Virus record (IMG/VR): IMGVR_UViG_3300043449_002191
Location: 64,001-128,000 of that record
Strand: one strand, 5' to 3'
Length of the DNA: 64,000 bases
Source: a virus
In this document: positions 35,394 through 45,159 of the stretch, piece after piece
Layout: each line of letters opens with the position of its first letter
How positions within the stretch are numbered: the stretch's first letter is position 1
Notes under the pieces: generated by a model
Told to the model about the DNA's origin: nothing
The model's input: only the letters and a program-made list of their open reading frames with translations
Database searches by the model: none
Translations under genes and position numbers: made by a program

Positions 35394-35942
35394 TTAATTA
35401 GCCGCCGTATCAGTAGTTTTATTAATAGTATAAATATTTTGAATTGTACAAGTTAAAGTTCCATCGTCATACGTAACCGAAAAAGTATCCCCAACTCTTT
35501 TTCCCACGACTGAAGTCCTGAGTTCTTCTGTAATATTCGCAGAAGTAAGCTCAATCGTTTTAAAAGGGCTTTCCTGGACCTGAGTCCCGTCATTTAATAT
35601 AAATGTTTCAGATACGGCAACTACAGATTCAGGAGTTGCTTCTGAAGTTTCAGTCAAGATGTTTTGAGAAACCAAAATCTCGACTTTTTTACGTTCTTTT
35701 GAAGCCCTAACTTCATTTAAAGATTTACGAATATCATCAACTTTAACTTCAGCAGCTTCAGCAATAGAAGCGCTCAAGTCTTGCAGATACTCAATAGTTT
35801 GAACAAGTTCTTGATGACCTTGATGTGTTTGATAAGCAGTCACAAACACTCTATTAAGCATACCTTCAAAGCCAGATAGCTTTTTTGTAAGCTCAGTGAG
35901 ATTAGCTTCTAATGTTTCTAATCGTTCCAATGTAGTTGCCAT
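35394..35942 (-). CDS. Coiled-coil protein with FKBP/GreA-C-like C-terminal domain
   Basis: SVVAV...LNDGT...ELRTSVVGKRVGDTFSV. Confidence 0.55.
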   Translation of the reverse strand: MATTLERLETLEANLTELTKKLSGFEGMLNRVFVTAYQTHQGHQELVQTIEYLQDLSASIAEAAEVKVDDIRKSLNEVRASKERKKVEILVSQNILTETSEATPESVVAVSETFILNDGTQVQESPFKTIELTSANITEELRTSVVGKRVGDTFSVTYDDGTLTCTIQNIYTINKTTDTAAN

Positions 35943-35964
35943 AAATCCTCCTATAGTAATTATA

Positions 35965-36855
35965 TCACTTAAATTCTTCTAATGTTTGTTTATATGAGCT
36001 TGTTTTACTCATAAGCTCTTCAACTTTTTCAGCAAATTTTTTGGCCTGATTACTTTCAGAACCAAAAATAGTTTTGATCTTCATAAGTTCTTGAAGCATT
36101 TTATCAATAGCCCTGGTAGAAACTCTAACACTGTCAAGATCGTCAACCATTACGTTTACAATACCATCTGAAAGACCCATTTTTAGTGCATCCTCAGCTT
36201 CTACCCAGAGGTTTTTAAGGACCATAATCTTAAACTTTTCCAAAGGAATGCCCGATCTTTTAGCAATCTTTGCATCCATTCGAAGCGTATAAGTGTCAAT
36301 CATAGTCAAAAGACCCTTCATTTCTTCTACAGTTCCTCTAACACCACCCGAAGCTGGATGAAACATTAGAACGCTCTTATCCATTGTAAGTCGTTTTTTA
36401 CCAACTTGGTGTAATTGCGCTCCCATGCTTGCACACAGAGTAACACAGATTGTACTGATTCGTCCAGACTTTTCTACAAAATCTGTCAATCTAGCGCCAT
36501 CAAAAACAGACCCACCTGGAGAATCGATAAGCAAATAGACTTGACCTTCTGTTCTATTTAAAGCATCTTTAAGCATTTGAACAGCAATATCAACAGTTAT
36601 GTTTTGAACATCGGTGTCAAAAAATACTACATTATTCGAACCTTTAATCTCTCTAACAGGCTTGCTGATTGTTTTATCGTCGCTTTTTAAAACGACTTTA
36701 TCAATTCCTGACCCTTCTACATTTAATTCAGTAATAACTGTAGAAGTTTTTTGCGGTTGTCCTTCGTTTTTGCCAATTTTATTTAAAATCAGGACGTTTC
36801 CAGCGATAGTAATAATAGCGAAACCTAGCGCCAATCCTTTTAAAAGTTTACTCAT
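35965..36855 (-). CDS. ClpP-like (S14) protease with N-terminal membrane anchor
   Basis: LIDSPGGSVFDG, CASMG, LMFHPASG, WVEAEDALKMGLSD. Confidence 0.88.
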   Translation of the reverse strand: MSKLLKGLALGFAIITIAGNVLILNKIGKNEGQPQKTSTVITELNVEGSGIDKVVLKSDDKTISKPVREIKGSNNVVFFDTDVQNITVDIAVQMLKDALNRTEGQVYLLIDSPGGSVFDGARLTDFVEKSGRISTICVTLCASMGAQLHQVGKKRLTMDKSVLMFHPASGGVRGTVEEMKGLLTMIDTYTLRMDAKIAKRSGIPLEKFKIMVLKNLWVEAEDALKMGLSDGIVNVMVDDLDSVRVSTRAIDKMLQELMKIKTIFGSESNQAKKFAEKVEELMSKTSSYKQTLEEFK

Positions 36856-36857
36856 TT

Positions 36858-37646
36858 TTACTCCTTAACATTTTTATTTAAATTTTGAAAGTGGTTTAAT
36901 AAAGTGGCCGTTGTATTTGCTCCCAAACCACTAATTCCAGACGACCCTGAATTGGATTCAGCTTGTCTAGCGTTCATGGCGTCAATTTCTGATTGAGACG
37001 GCATTTTTAACGGTTTTCTAGTCGGATCTACAACTTGTGCGTAGTCGATTCCCTCCTTAGAGACAGACTCACTCTGCCTTCTTTTTCGCTGTTTTGGTTG
37101 TGCAGATTGCACAGGTTGTTGTTGACGTGGCGTTTTATAAGCTTGCTTGGGTACTGAAATAGTGTTAACGACAGTAGTCTTATGCTGGATATCTTGCTGA
37201 GCTGTCATTGGCTTAATAGTAGGCGTAGCAGCCTTTTGTTCTGCAGGCTTGCTGGTATTAAGAACCCTGCTGGCCAAAGCTTTCAATGCATCTACTTCTT
37301 CATCTGAAAAAGGAAGGTCCGCCCTTTGTGCCTGAGTAGCTGTTTCTTCGGGCTTCATGCCTAAAAGACGCTCTAAACGGGAAAGGATGAAGGTTTTGAT
37401 CTCAGTCTTAACGGCGTCAATGATTTCAGGTCTAGCAGAACCCTCGCCAAATAAATCATGCTTAAGAAGAGCTTCGTAAAGCTTTGCCTGCTCAATTCTT
37501 TTCATGGCCTCGTTTAGAACAAATGAGCTTTCTTCTTCTTGGATATAATTCTGAGCAATTTCATCAAGATCATTGGTTGAGTACCTAAGTGTATCTGTGG
37601 TATGACTGTACTCGTATTCTTCTTCGTCAACTAAAAAGTTATTCAT
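36858..37646 (-). CDS. Hypothetical protein with low-complexity C-terminus
   Basis: GGAG SD before MNNFLVDEE; track extension is an AT-rich leader. Confidence 0.7.
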   Translation of the reverse strand: MNNFLVDEEEYEYSHTTDTLRYSTNDLDEIAQNYIQEEESSFVLNEAMKRIEQAKLYEALLKHDLFGEGSARPEIIDAVKTEIKTFILSRLERLLGMKPEETATQAQRADLPFSDEEVDALKALASRVLNTSKPAEQKAATPTIKPMTAQQDIQHKTTVVNTISVPKQAYKTPRQQQPVQSAQPKQRKRRQSESVSKEGIDYAQVVDPTRKPLKMPSQSEIDAMNARQAESNSGSSGISGLGANTTATLLNHFQNLNKNVKE

Positions 37647-37750
37647 AAACTCTCCAAAGATTATACATATATAATACCTCGTTTTTAGTATAAATCGTAT
37701 AAACCAAAAATCTTTTAAAAATATAAGGTAAATGATTGGTTTAACTGGTG

Positions 37751-37857
37751 TATTACATATTGCAATATGCAATAATCTAATAAAAACAATATGTTAAGTC
37801 TAAAAGTACTTTGACCATGATAAGTAAATATATCTAAAAACATATCACGATCAAAGT
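37751..37857. repeat. Imperfect 24-bp palindrome (37751-37774) and 15-bp inverted repeat (37808-37857)
   Basis: TATTACATATTGCAATATGCAATA; ACTTTGACCATGATA...TATCACGATCAAAGT. Confidence 0.7.
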
Positions 37858-37869
37858 CTAGATGTAATT

Positions 37870-39597
37870 CTAAGCCTCGCAGGACTTGCAATCAGACTCA
37901 TCCTTAAAGACACTATCCCCCTTAAGAACACTCTCAGGGCGCAGGTAATAAAGCCCTTTAAGGCCAAGCTGCCAAGCCTCCAAGTGAACGGAATGGATGT
38001 ATTTAGCTAACTTCTTCTTATCCTCTTCGTTCTGGACATCATCGGGCATAGCGAAAAACAAATTAATACTCTGACCCTGATCAATCCACTTCTGCCTCTG
38101 TCCAGCCTGCCTAACGATGGCAAACTGGTTAATCTCACGGGCGGTAAAAAATACCTCTTTTTCTAAGTCGCTAAGGCCATCTACGTTCTTTACAGACCCT
38201 TTATCTTTATTGATCTGATTCCAGACCTCCACAGTATTAAGTCCTTTAGACTCAAGAAGCTTTTCTAAAACAGGGTTTTTGCGTATAAACGTACCTTTAG
38301 CAGACTTCTGGGCATAAATATTAGCTCCAATAGGTTCAACTCCTTGAGAAACTCCCCCAGAGATAAGACTATTAGAAACAGTAGGGGCAATAGCCAATAA
38401 AGTCGCATTCCTTCTAGTTCCAGTTGTATCCCACGGGCAAGCTCCGTACTCTTTAGCTAATTCTTTTGTAGCCTGATCAGCATCTGCCCTAATTTTACTA
38501 AAGATCTCGGCATTAAGCATCATAGACTCATAAGAATCAAAGGGTATGCTTTTTTCCTGTAGGAGGGTGTGCCAGCCTAAGACACCTAAACCAAGGGGCC
38601 TAGCATCTTCAGACATACGTCTAGCCTTATCAAGGCCAGGAATGCTTTTAGATTTTTCATTGAATTCCGTAACAATTGCGTCCAAGAACATAATGGCCAG
38701 CTTTACGGTGTCAGTATCTTTCCACTCATCATATCGGGCCAAGTTAAGCGACGAAAGCACACAAACGTAAGTGTATTCGTCTGAAGACGGCAAGAAGATC
38801 TCGTTACAAAGCTGAGACGCATAGATTTTACGGCCCCCAAAGGTCTCTGGAGCCTTTTTGTTGGCCGTGTCGCCAAACATAAGGTATGGCTCTCCAGTCT
38901 CAACACGGGCTTTTAAGATCTTGTTCCACAAATTTCGCTCATGTTCTGCTCCGTTTAGGGCTTTTTCCATGAAATCATCGGAAATAATCACGGCATGATG
39001 AAAGTTTGAGGATTGACAGCGACGAGAAGGGTCTCCAGTGGGTCTACGGATGTCAATAAATTCATCGATATCACCATGCTCAACCTCTAAATAAATAGCC
39101 TCAGCACCTCTCCTGACGCCGCCCTGGGCGGTGGACTGGATAACCTGTTCGTCCACCTTCAGCCAGGGGATAATTCCTTCGGACTTACCGTTCCCCCTGA
39201 TCGCCGCCCCTCTGGGGCGGATAGCGCCGTAGTATTTGCCAATACCGCCGCCGTTTTTCGTCAGCATAGCTGTCTCATGGTATCCCTTGAAGATGCCATC
39301 TACACTATCCTGGACATACTGTCCAAAACAACTTACGGGTAAACCCCGTTCGGTGCCACTATTAGACGCAATAGGAGTAGATAAACCAAGCCAATTATTA
39401 TAAATAATAGAATAGAATTTATCCTCAAGTTCAGGTTTATTTAGATTCTTAGCAGCAGATTTGCTTACACGACGATACATATCTACAGGCGTCTCTCCAT
39501 CCAATAGATAGCCACTTTTTAATGTTTGAAATCCCTCAAGCGTTAACCATTGGGGGGCTTTACCTTGCTGTTTTAACTCTAAAAGCTCGTTAGTCAT
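37870..39597 (-). CDS. nrdA: Class I ribonucleotide reductase alpha subunit (no ATP cone)
   Basis: PVSCF, QGGVRRGA, SQLCNEI, CVLSSLN, RPLGLG, APTVSNS, DQGQS, LYY, C-terminal CKSC. Confidence 0.96.
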   Translation of the reverse strand: MTNELLELKQQGKAPQWLTLEGFQTLKSGYLLDGETPVDMYRRVSKSAAKNLNKPELEDKFYSIIYNNWLGLSTPIASNSGTERGLPVSCFGQYVQDSVDGIFKGYHETAMLTKNGGGIGKYYGAIRPRGAAIRGNGKSEGIIPWLKVDEQVIQSTAQGGVRRGAEAIYLEVEHGDIDEFIDIRRPTGDPSRRCQSSNFHHAVIISDDFMEKALNGAEHERNLWNKILKARVETGEPYLMFGDTANKKAPETFGGRKIYASQLCNEIFLPSSDEYTYVCVLSSLNLARYDEWKDTDTVKLAIMFLDAIVTEFNEKSKSIPGLDKARRMSEDARPLGLGVLGWHTLLQEKSIPFDSYESMMLNAEIFSKIRADADQATKELAKEYGACPWDTTGTRRNATLLAIAPTVSNSLISGGVSQGVEPIGANIYAQKSAKGTFIRKNPVLEKLLESKGLNTVEVWNQINKDKGSVKNVDGLSDLEKEVFFTAREINQFAIVRQAGQRQKWIDQGQSINLFFAMPDDVQNEEDKKKLAKYIHSVHLEAWQLGLKGLYYLRPESVLKGDSVFKDESDCKSCEA

Positions 39598-40552
39598 TCC
39601 ATACTCCTTCAAAGTCAATCACACCTCTAGCGTAAGCGGTAACCTTACCTGCAAAAAAATCTTGCATTTCTACGCCATTACTTAAAACGTCAAACCATTG
39701 TAATCGGTCTAGGGCAGTTTTGTCAATATTTTTCCAATTAGACTTTAAGCCAAGCTCATGAAGCTTAGTATTAGCCCTATATCGCATATAGTTCTTAAGA
39801 TCGCTTTCTGTTAAATTAGGAAGATCACCTTTTTCAAAGGCTTTTTCAATAAATGCATCTTCTAGCTCAATTGTAAGTCTAGCCGCATCGTAAATTTCTT
39901 TTTTTAGCTCATCTGTCCAGATTTCAGGGTTTTCCTTAATAAACTCCCTAAAAAGCCAGCAGCCAGCATTGCTATGCAAAGATTCGTCTCTAATAGACCA
40001 GCTAACAATTTGGCCTACGCCCTTAAGGTAATTCCTTTGAGAAAAGGACATTAAGATAGCAAAGGAGCTGAATAAGCTGACACCTTCATTAAAGGCAGAG
40101 AATACAGCCATTGACTTAGCCAAATCTACTTTATTCTTAGATTTCATAGACATTAGCCTGTCAATTTTGCTTTTTGTTGTAGGTTCATGCAAAAAGGCTT
40201 CATAATTATCTAGACCAAGAGTATCATTAAGATACGCATATCCGGCAATATGTATTGTCTCAAATGAGGAAAACGTATTAGCCATCATCTGAATTTCAGG
40301 CTTTTTGAATCGGTTAGCAATAACATTTGTCCAATAATCAGAAATAATGACCTCGGCTTGAGTAAATCCTTTTAAGATCGACCCAATGACGTGTCTGTCA
40401 GTGTCAGATAGATTAATTTTCCAATCATTTACATCCGAAGCCATTTGAACTTCGGTGTGAAGCCAATGAGATTGCTGGGCCTTTAACCAGTAATCGTAAG
40501 CTTGAGGATATTCGAACGGCCTATAGATTGGTCTAGGTGTAAGTAGTCCCAA
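39590..40552 (-). CDS. nrdB: Class I ribonucleotide reductase beta subunit
   Basis: HWLHTEV, ETIHxxGY, EGVSLFSSF, RDESLH, DFF. Confidence 0.96.
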   Translation of the reverse strand: MGLLTPRPIYRPFEYPQAYDYWLKAQQSHWLHTEVQMASDVNDWKINLSDTDRHVIGSILKGFTQAEVIISDYWTNVIANRFKKPEIQMMANTFSSFETIHIAGYAYLNDTLGLDNYEAFLHEPTTKSKIDRLMSMKSKNKVDLAKSMAVFSAFNEGVSLFSSFAILMSFSQRNYLKGVGQIVSWSIRDESLHSNAGCWLFREFIKENPEIWTDELKKEIYDAARLTIELEDAFIEKAFEKGDLPNLTESDLKNYMRYRANTKLHELGLKSNWKNIDKTALDRLQWFDVLSNGVEMQDFFAGKVTAYARGVIDFEGVWND

Positions 40553-40594
40553 GTAGCCCCCTTATGCTGTAGTAACTATTTTTTAATTATACCG

Positions 40595-41194
40595 TTATGA
40601 CTGCTTTAACTCAAGAAGAATTTGGTCTAGATCTAAAGATTTTTTTTGGGACTCTAAGGATTTAGTGTACCCAAAATAGGCCAATGCAATGGCATCAGCT
40701 ATATCATGATCTTTTTTAAGTAATTTTAAGTTAAACATATTATTGGCCCATAATACTGCAAGGTGTTTTGGTGTAACCTTTCCTCTGGCTACCCCATCTT
40801 TAACAGATTTATTATGTTTACGCTGATCTTTAGTCAATTTTATGCTTAAATCTGATCGCCATCTAGATGTATCAACATAATACAATTTATTAGTTCTACT
40901 ATGAATAGCTAATGCCTGCAAAAATAAGCAGTGTATAAATTCTAGCTGTTTTTGGCTAGATCTAAATTTGCCAGCATTGGTTTGTTCTGCAAAAATATAA
41001 TCCGGTGATTCTTCTTCAATTTTTTCAAATATAGCTGAATTGGCCTTATGTGCCCTAAAGTACATTTCTAAATCTTGCAATCTTTGAGACTGAGTGTTAG
41101 AAGTTTTTAATAGACCATAAGACAAAAGTTTGCCATCTTCAATGACAGCAAACCCTGTTTTTGTTGATATGTCTAATCCTAAAACTTTAGTCAA
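40595..41194 (-). CDS. ruvC: RuvC-like Holliday junction resolvase
   Basis: VLGLDISTKTGFA, IFAEQ, HDIADAIALA; TTG start with GGGGAG SD. Confidence 0.85.
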   Translation of the reverse strand: MTKVLGLDISTKTGFAVIEDGKLLSYGLLKTSNTQSQRLQDLEMYFRAHKANSAIFEKIEEESPDYIFAEQTNAGKFRSSQKQLEFIHCLFLQALAIHSRTNKLYYVDTSRWRSDLSIKLTKDQRKHNKSVKDGVARGKVTPKHLAVLWANNMFNLKLLKKDHDIADAIALAYFGYTKSLESQKKSLDLDQILLELKQS

Positions 41195-41501
41195 CGATAG
41201 GCTCCCCTTCGACTTCGCCACGTTCCTGAAGGATCTTATAAATCAGTTTTGTCTTCATTTTAATAGCTTTAACTGGAAGAGTATAAGTTTCATTAGCAAC
41301 TTTAAGCTGTTCTTTCAAAGATTTAATGTCTTCATCTTTAGATTGAGTTACTTCAAGCAATGTTCTTTGTTTTGCCATATCAGCAATTTTGTCGTTTAAT
41401 TGCTCATTTTTAAGCATATAAACTTCTTCTACAAATGTAGGATCAAGTTCTTTAACTTTATCAAAAAGAGTCTTTGGTCCTTTTTTAGCTTTTTTAGCCA
41501 T
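41187..41501 (-). CDS. Hypothetical coiled-coil protein
   Basis: GGAG SD; helical. Confidence 0.7.
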   Translation of the reverse strand: MAKKAKKGPKTLFDKVKELDPTFVEEVYMLKNEQLNDKIADMAKQRTLLEVTQSKDEDIKSLKEQLKVANETYTLPVKAIKMKTKLIYKILQERGEVEGEPIVD

Positions 41502-41504
41502 GGG

Positions 41505-41693
41505 TTACTCCGTAACTGTTTGGTTGTTGTTTTGTTGATCTAATAAAGCGTTTAAAACGTAAATACCGCCAAGAATTTGAAGTCTTTGAGCTTTTAGGTC
41601 TTCTATTAACTGTAAAGCAGTCTTTATTCTTTGATCGACTTCTTTAAGCTCTGTTTCCAGTTTCTCTTTAAGCTGCTCTTGGTTTAACGTCAT
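41505..41693 (-). CDS. Small coiled-coil protein
   Basis: GAGGA SD before MTLNQEQ; GCTATAAT upstream. Confidence 0.7.
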   Translation of the reverse strand: MTLNQEQLKEKLETELKEVDQRIKTALQLIEDLKAQRLQILGGIYVLNALLDQQNNNQTVTE

Positions 41694-41709
41694 AAATCCT
41701 CTCAACTTA

Positions 41710-42135
41710 TTATAGCATTTTTTCTGATTCAGCGGTCCATAGAACATCTAATTCAACTATTTCAGCTCCGACAACCGCACATACAACTACCCTGACTGGT
41801 TTTTTACCAGAAGATATATATGAGTCTGAAAGCTCCCTAAAGTATTCTACGACTTTTGTCGGCTTTACTTCCCACTTCCTTACGTTTTCTTCATCCACAT
41901 TTTCATTAGCACAGATCATTTGAGAATAATTCCTTAAGTCTTCTTGGGAAATAAATACTCGTACAATCCCACTTGCGCTAGAATTCTCTTCTTTTGGGTT
42001 TTCCATGTAAAAAGAAGACCTTGCTCCATCGGTAACCAAGCATATGTAGACGGGGCTGTCTTTTGCAATTTTTTCAAAATATGCTTTCATTAAGTTTTCA
42101 GGCAACGTGTATGGTCTACTATTGACTAACGACAT
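41710..42135 (-). CDS. Hypothetical protein
   Basis: ORF overlapping sbcC end. Confidence 0.65.
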   Translation of the reverse strand: MSLVNSRPYTLPENLMKAYFEKIAKDSPVYICLVTDGARSSFYMENPKEENSSASGIVRVFISQEDLRNYSQMICANENVDEENVRKWEVKPTKVVEYFRELSDSYISSGKKPVRVVVCAVVGAEIVELDVLWTAESEKML

Positions 42136-43927
42136 ATGACTCTCTTCCGTTATATTCTATCTGTATTACTTTATCAAAACTCTCTTTAATCTCAGTTGCA
42201 TGATCAATAATAATAACTAGACCATTTACTCTAGATTTAATCATATCAATCGCAGCCTGTTTTTCTTCTACTCCAAATCCATCCATGGCTTCATCTAAGC
42301 AAACCCAGCCAAGTGCGCTACCAGACCTAGATCTAATAGCCTCTGATGCAGCTAAATCTGTGCAAAGTTCTATTGAACACTGCTGACCACCCGATAGCTG
42401 CCTAAGAGTTCTTGTTTTTCCATGTTTCTGTAGGCTTACATTAATCTGCTTTTTTGTGGTCCCCTTGCCTTTTACCTCTTTGTTGGAATCAATTTTAACA
42501 ACAAATTCGTTTACATTTGGTATTTCAGAGATCATGTCATTTGCTCTAGATTGAATATCAAGTAGAATTTCATCAAAAATAGAGCCCATAAACCCATCTC
42601 TACCAATCATTTTTAAGGCGAGACTATAATTATGCGCCTGTTTTTGCACAGATAGCAGCTCGACTTGGGCATCATTTAGATTTTTTTGCATAGCAGCTAT
42701 TTGCTCGATGGACCTTTGCCTATTAAGTTTAATTTTTTCCAAAGTGTCTAGGTTCATTTGTAACGATGCCTTTTTATCTGAAAGTAACCTGATTGGCATA
42801 TTTCTGTTTTCAGTTTCCATTTTTATGGACATAATCTTTACATTTAAAGCGGATAATGACTGATTAGTTTGGTCCTCTAATTCTTTCAAGTGAGGCAGTT
42901 CTAGTTGAAGAGATTCTGAATTTTTAATATATTGGATGTTTTCTGAAAACTTTTTACGTTTATCTTCAATAAGGGCCTGGACTTGGTTTACTTTTTCCTG
43001 AGAAGTGTTCCAGCCATCTCTGTTGCAAGTGTTGCACATTCCATTAGATGCGTGTTCGATAAAATTATGCAGCTCCATAACTTCTTGTTTAGTTTTATCG
43101 TTTTCTTTTTTTAACATTTCAACTTTTGACATTACTGAAACAATATCTTTTTGTCGATTTCTTACAGATAAAAGCTTTGATTCTAATTCTTTTAGTTGAC
43201 TACTTATCTCAGCCGTTTCTGGCATAGATCTGTCAACAGAAAGTTTAGAAATTTCAAGGTCAGTTTGCAAAATTTGTTGCCTAATTGATTCTACTTCACT
43301 TAAAGATATTTCGTTTGGTAAATTTGAGGAAAAAATTTGAATATTTGTTTGAAATCCTTCAATTTTTTGTTTAATTGCAGATTCCGCTCTTTCTAAATCT
43401 TTTAATTTTAAATCTATTTCATCAGATGCAGATTCTAGCTCCCCCAAGTTTAAGGGGTTAGTTAAGAATTCCTTTATCTGTGCATCCGTAGAGTTTATAA
43501 ACTCACCCTTGGTTCTTTGTTCTCTATATGTGATTATCTTTAAAACATCCTCAGAGCATTTAACTATGTTACCCATAAAGTATTCTTTTGCTCCAGTAGA
43601 TAAAGACTCATATGGTTTTCCGTTTATTTGCAAAGAAAACTTTGGATTTCTAGTTAAAGTGTAGGTATTTGTGCCATCTGTAAGGGTAAGCTCGGCAAAT
43701 ATTGACTTGCTTTCATCATTTTTAAGTTCTGTAGCAGGTGTAGAGTTTATATCTAAACAAAAGGCCATTGCCTCCATTATTGAGGATTTGCCAGTTCCAG
43801 ACGAAAGTGTGGAGTTAGTTCTGTAGCCAGAGATTAAAACAAGACCTTTTTCAGGAAAAGTAACTGCAGCTTTTTCCTTAAAACTCTTAAAACCTTCAAT
43901 TTCAATCTTTATTGGCCTTAATATCAT
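42119..43927 (-). CDS. sbcC: SbcC/Rad50 (T4 gp46-like) ATPase
   Basis: IEGFKSF, SGTGKSS, CNTC zinc hook, LSGGQQ, LDEAMDG, IIDH. Confidence 0.92.
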   Translation of the reverse strand: MILRPIKIEIEGFKSFKEKAAVTFPEKGLVLISGYRTNSTLSSGTGKSSIMEAMAFCLDINSTPATELKNDESKSIFAELTLTDGTNTYTLTRNPKFSLQINGKPYESLSTGAKEYFMGNIVKCSEDVLKIITYREQRTKGEFINSTDAQIKEFLTNPLNLGELESASDEIDLKLKDLERAESAIKQKIEGFQTNIQIFSSNLPNEISLSEVESIRQQILQTDLEISKLSVDRSMPETAEISSQLKELESKLLSVRNRQKDIVSVMSKVEMLKKENDKTKQEVMELHNFIEHASNGMCNTCNRDGWNTSQEKVNQVQALIEDKRKKFSENIQYIKNSESLQLELPHLKELEDQTNQSLSALNVKIMSIKMETENRNMPIRLLSDKKASLQMNLDTLEKIKLNRQRSIEQIAAMQKNLNDAQVELLSVQKQAHNYSLALKMIGRDGFMGSIFDEILLDIQSRANDMISEIPNVNEFVVKIDSNKEVKGKGTTKKQINVSLQKHGKTRTLRQLSGGQQCSIELCTDLAASEAIRSRSGSALGWVCLDEAMDGFGVEEKQAAIDMIKSRVNGLVIIIDHATEIKESFDKVIQIEYNGRESYVVSQ

Positions 43928-44900
43928 TAAGTCTCCTGAGTAGCTCTTCAAAGTCTTGATCTGAGCAGCCTAGATTCAATCTAAAAAATTGATCTGTTGC
44001 CCCAAAAAATGAGCCCTCGATACTAATGATATTATACTGTTTTTCTATTGATTCTTTACCATTTAGATCTGTTTTATGTTTGCACCAAATAAACATACCG
44101 TCTAAATCGCCATTTTCTATAGTAAAGGGTAATTTTTTAGTATTTTCAATATGTTTTAGTTTTTCTCGTCTATTATTTAGTATTTTTTTACCGTAAGATA
44201 TTGCATTTATTACATCTTTTTGTTTTATTTTTTCAACAATAAGCTCCGCAGCTGTAGAATACCCTCCTGTAGAAAGCTCTACATATTCAGTCATGGCATT
44301 GGCAATTTTTTTATCTTTACAATATGCGTAACCAATCCTAAGTCCAGCTAATCCTAAAGATTTAGCTAACGAGTATATTATTATGTCTGCTTTTGGTACG
44401 GTTATATCATTTTTATATTGAGGCCATGAATAGCAAGCGTCTATAACTGTAAAAGATGTTTCGTCTGAATTGTTAAAGTAATCTGCAGAGCATCCGTCTG
44501 GATTGTTTGGATGAACAATAAAATTTACACAATTGCTTAAGGTATTTAATTTGGCGCTGTTTGTTAATATTTTTGAATTGCTATTACCGAAATTAATTAA
44601 AACCTTTAACCTGCCCCAATAAAGATCTTTCATTACCCAGGTGTCTAATCCATAAACCTTTTTAACCGCATATGAAGCTGCTGATACAAGCTGGCTTGCT
44701 CCAATACCAACAACAAGATGTTCCTGGTTTTTATGTAACTTTTTAATTAATGATTCTATCTTTTTTGATGGTATGGCGCAATTGTAGTCAGAAAAATGGC
44801 TATATTTTACTTTTATGGTTTTAGTAAAATTTTCCCAATATTTAGTCATGTACTTTGGATAACCAAACCCTAAATCTAATGGGCTATTCTTCATCTTCAT
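43902..44900 (-). CDS. PLP-dependent fold-type I enzyme, TAA1/alliinase-like
   Basis: VVGIGASQL, PNNPDG, DACYSWPQY, SLAKSLGLAGLRIG, FFRLNL. Confidence 0.85.
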   Translation of the reverse strand: MKMKNSPLDLGFGYPKYMTKYWENFTKTIKVKYSHFSDYNCAIPSKKIESLIKKLHKNQEHLVVGIGASQLVSAASYAVKKVYGLDTWVMKDLYWGRLKVLINFGNSNSKILTNSAKLNTLSNCVNFIVHPNNPDGCSADYFNNSDETSFTVIDACYSWPQYKNDITVPKADIIIYSLAKSLGLAGLRIGYAYCKDKKIANAMTEYVELSTGGYSTAAELIVEKIKQKDVINAISYGKKILNNRREKLKHIENTKKLPFTIENGDLDGMFIWCKHKTDLNGKESIEKQYNIISIEGSFFGATDQFFRLNLGCSDQDFEELLRRLNDIKANKD

Positions 44901-45159
44901 CTGAAAGTCCCCGTTGCTCTTTATACCTTTCGTCGTCTTGCTTGCTTCTTTCTTCCATAATATTTTCAATATCATGGAGCCTCTCTACAGCTCTACCCAT
45001 TACTCCGTTGTCTAATTTTTCAATAACTTGGGTGGTCCCAATTTTAATAACAGGCTTTGATGCTACCCCACAGGTAGGGCAATCGGCCACATCTTTTCTT
45101 CTTTCTAAAATAAGCTTAAAATCCCCATGCTCTGGACACTTATAAGTAAACCAGCCCAT
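44884..45159 (-). CDS. FmdB-like zinc-ribbon protein
   Basis: FTYKCPEHG...CPTCG. Confidence 0.75.
   Translation of the reverse strand: MGWFTYKCPEHGDFKLILERRKDVADCPTCGVASKPVIKIGTTQVIEKLDNGVMGRAVERLHDIENIMEERSKQDDERYKEQRGLSDEDEE

Noticed and set aside
3847-44900. Complete methionine salvage pathway (aldolase, phosphatase, aminotransferase)
   Set aside because: Genes are dispersed, the phosphatase is not HAD/MtnC type, and no MtnA/MtnD/MtnK seen.
44884-44900. GAAGATGAA overlap as another array junction
   Set aside because: Only the 9-nt core within an acidic EDEE tail; no flanking WEP or KRSE sequence, likely chance.
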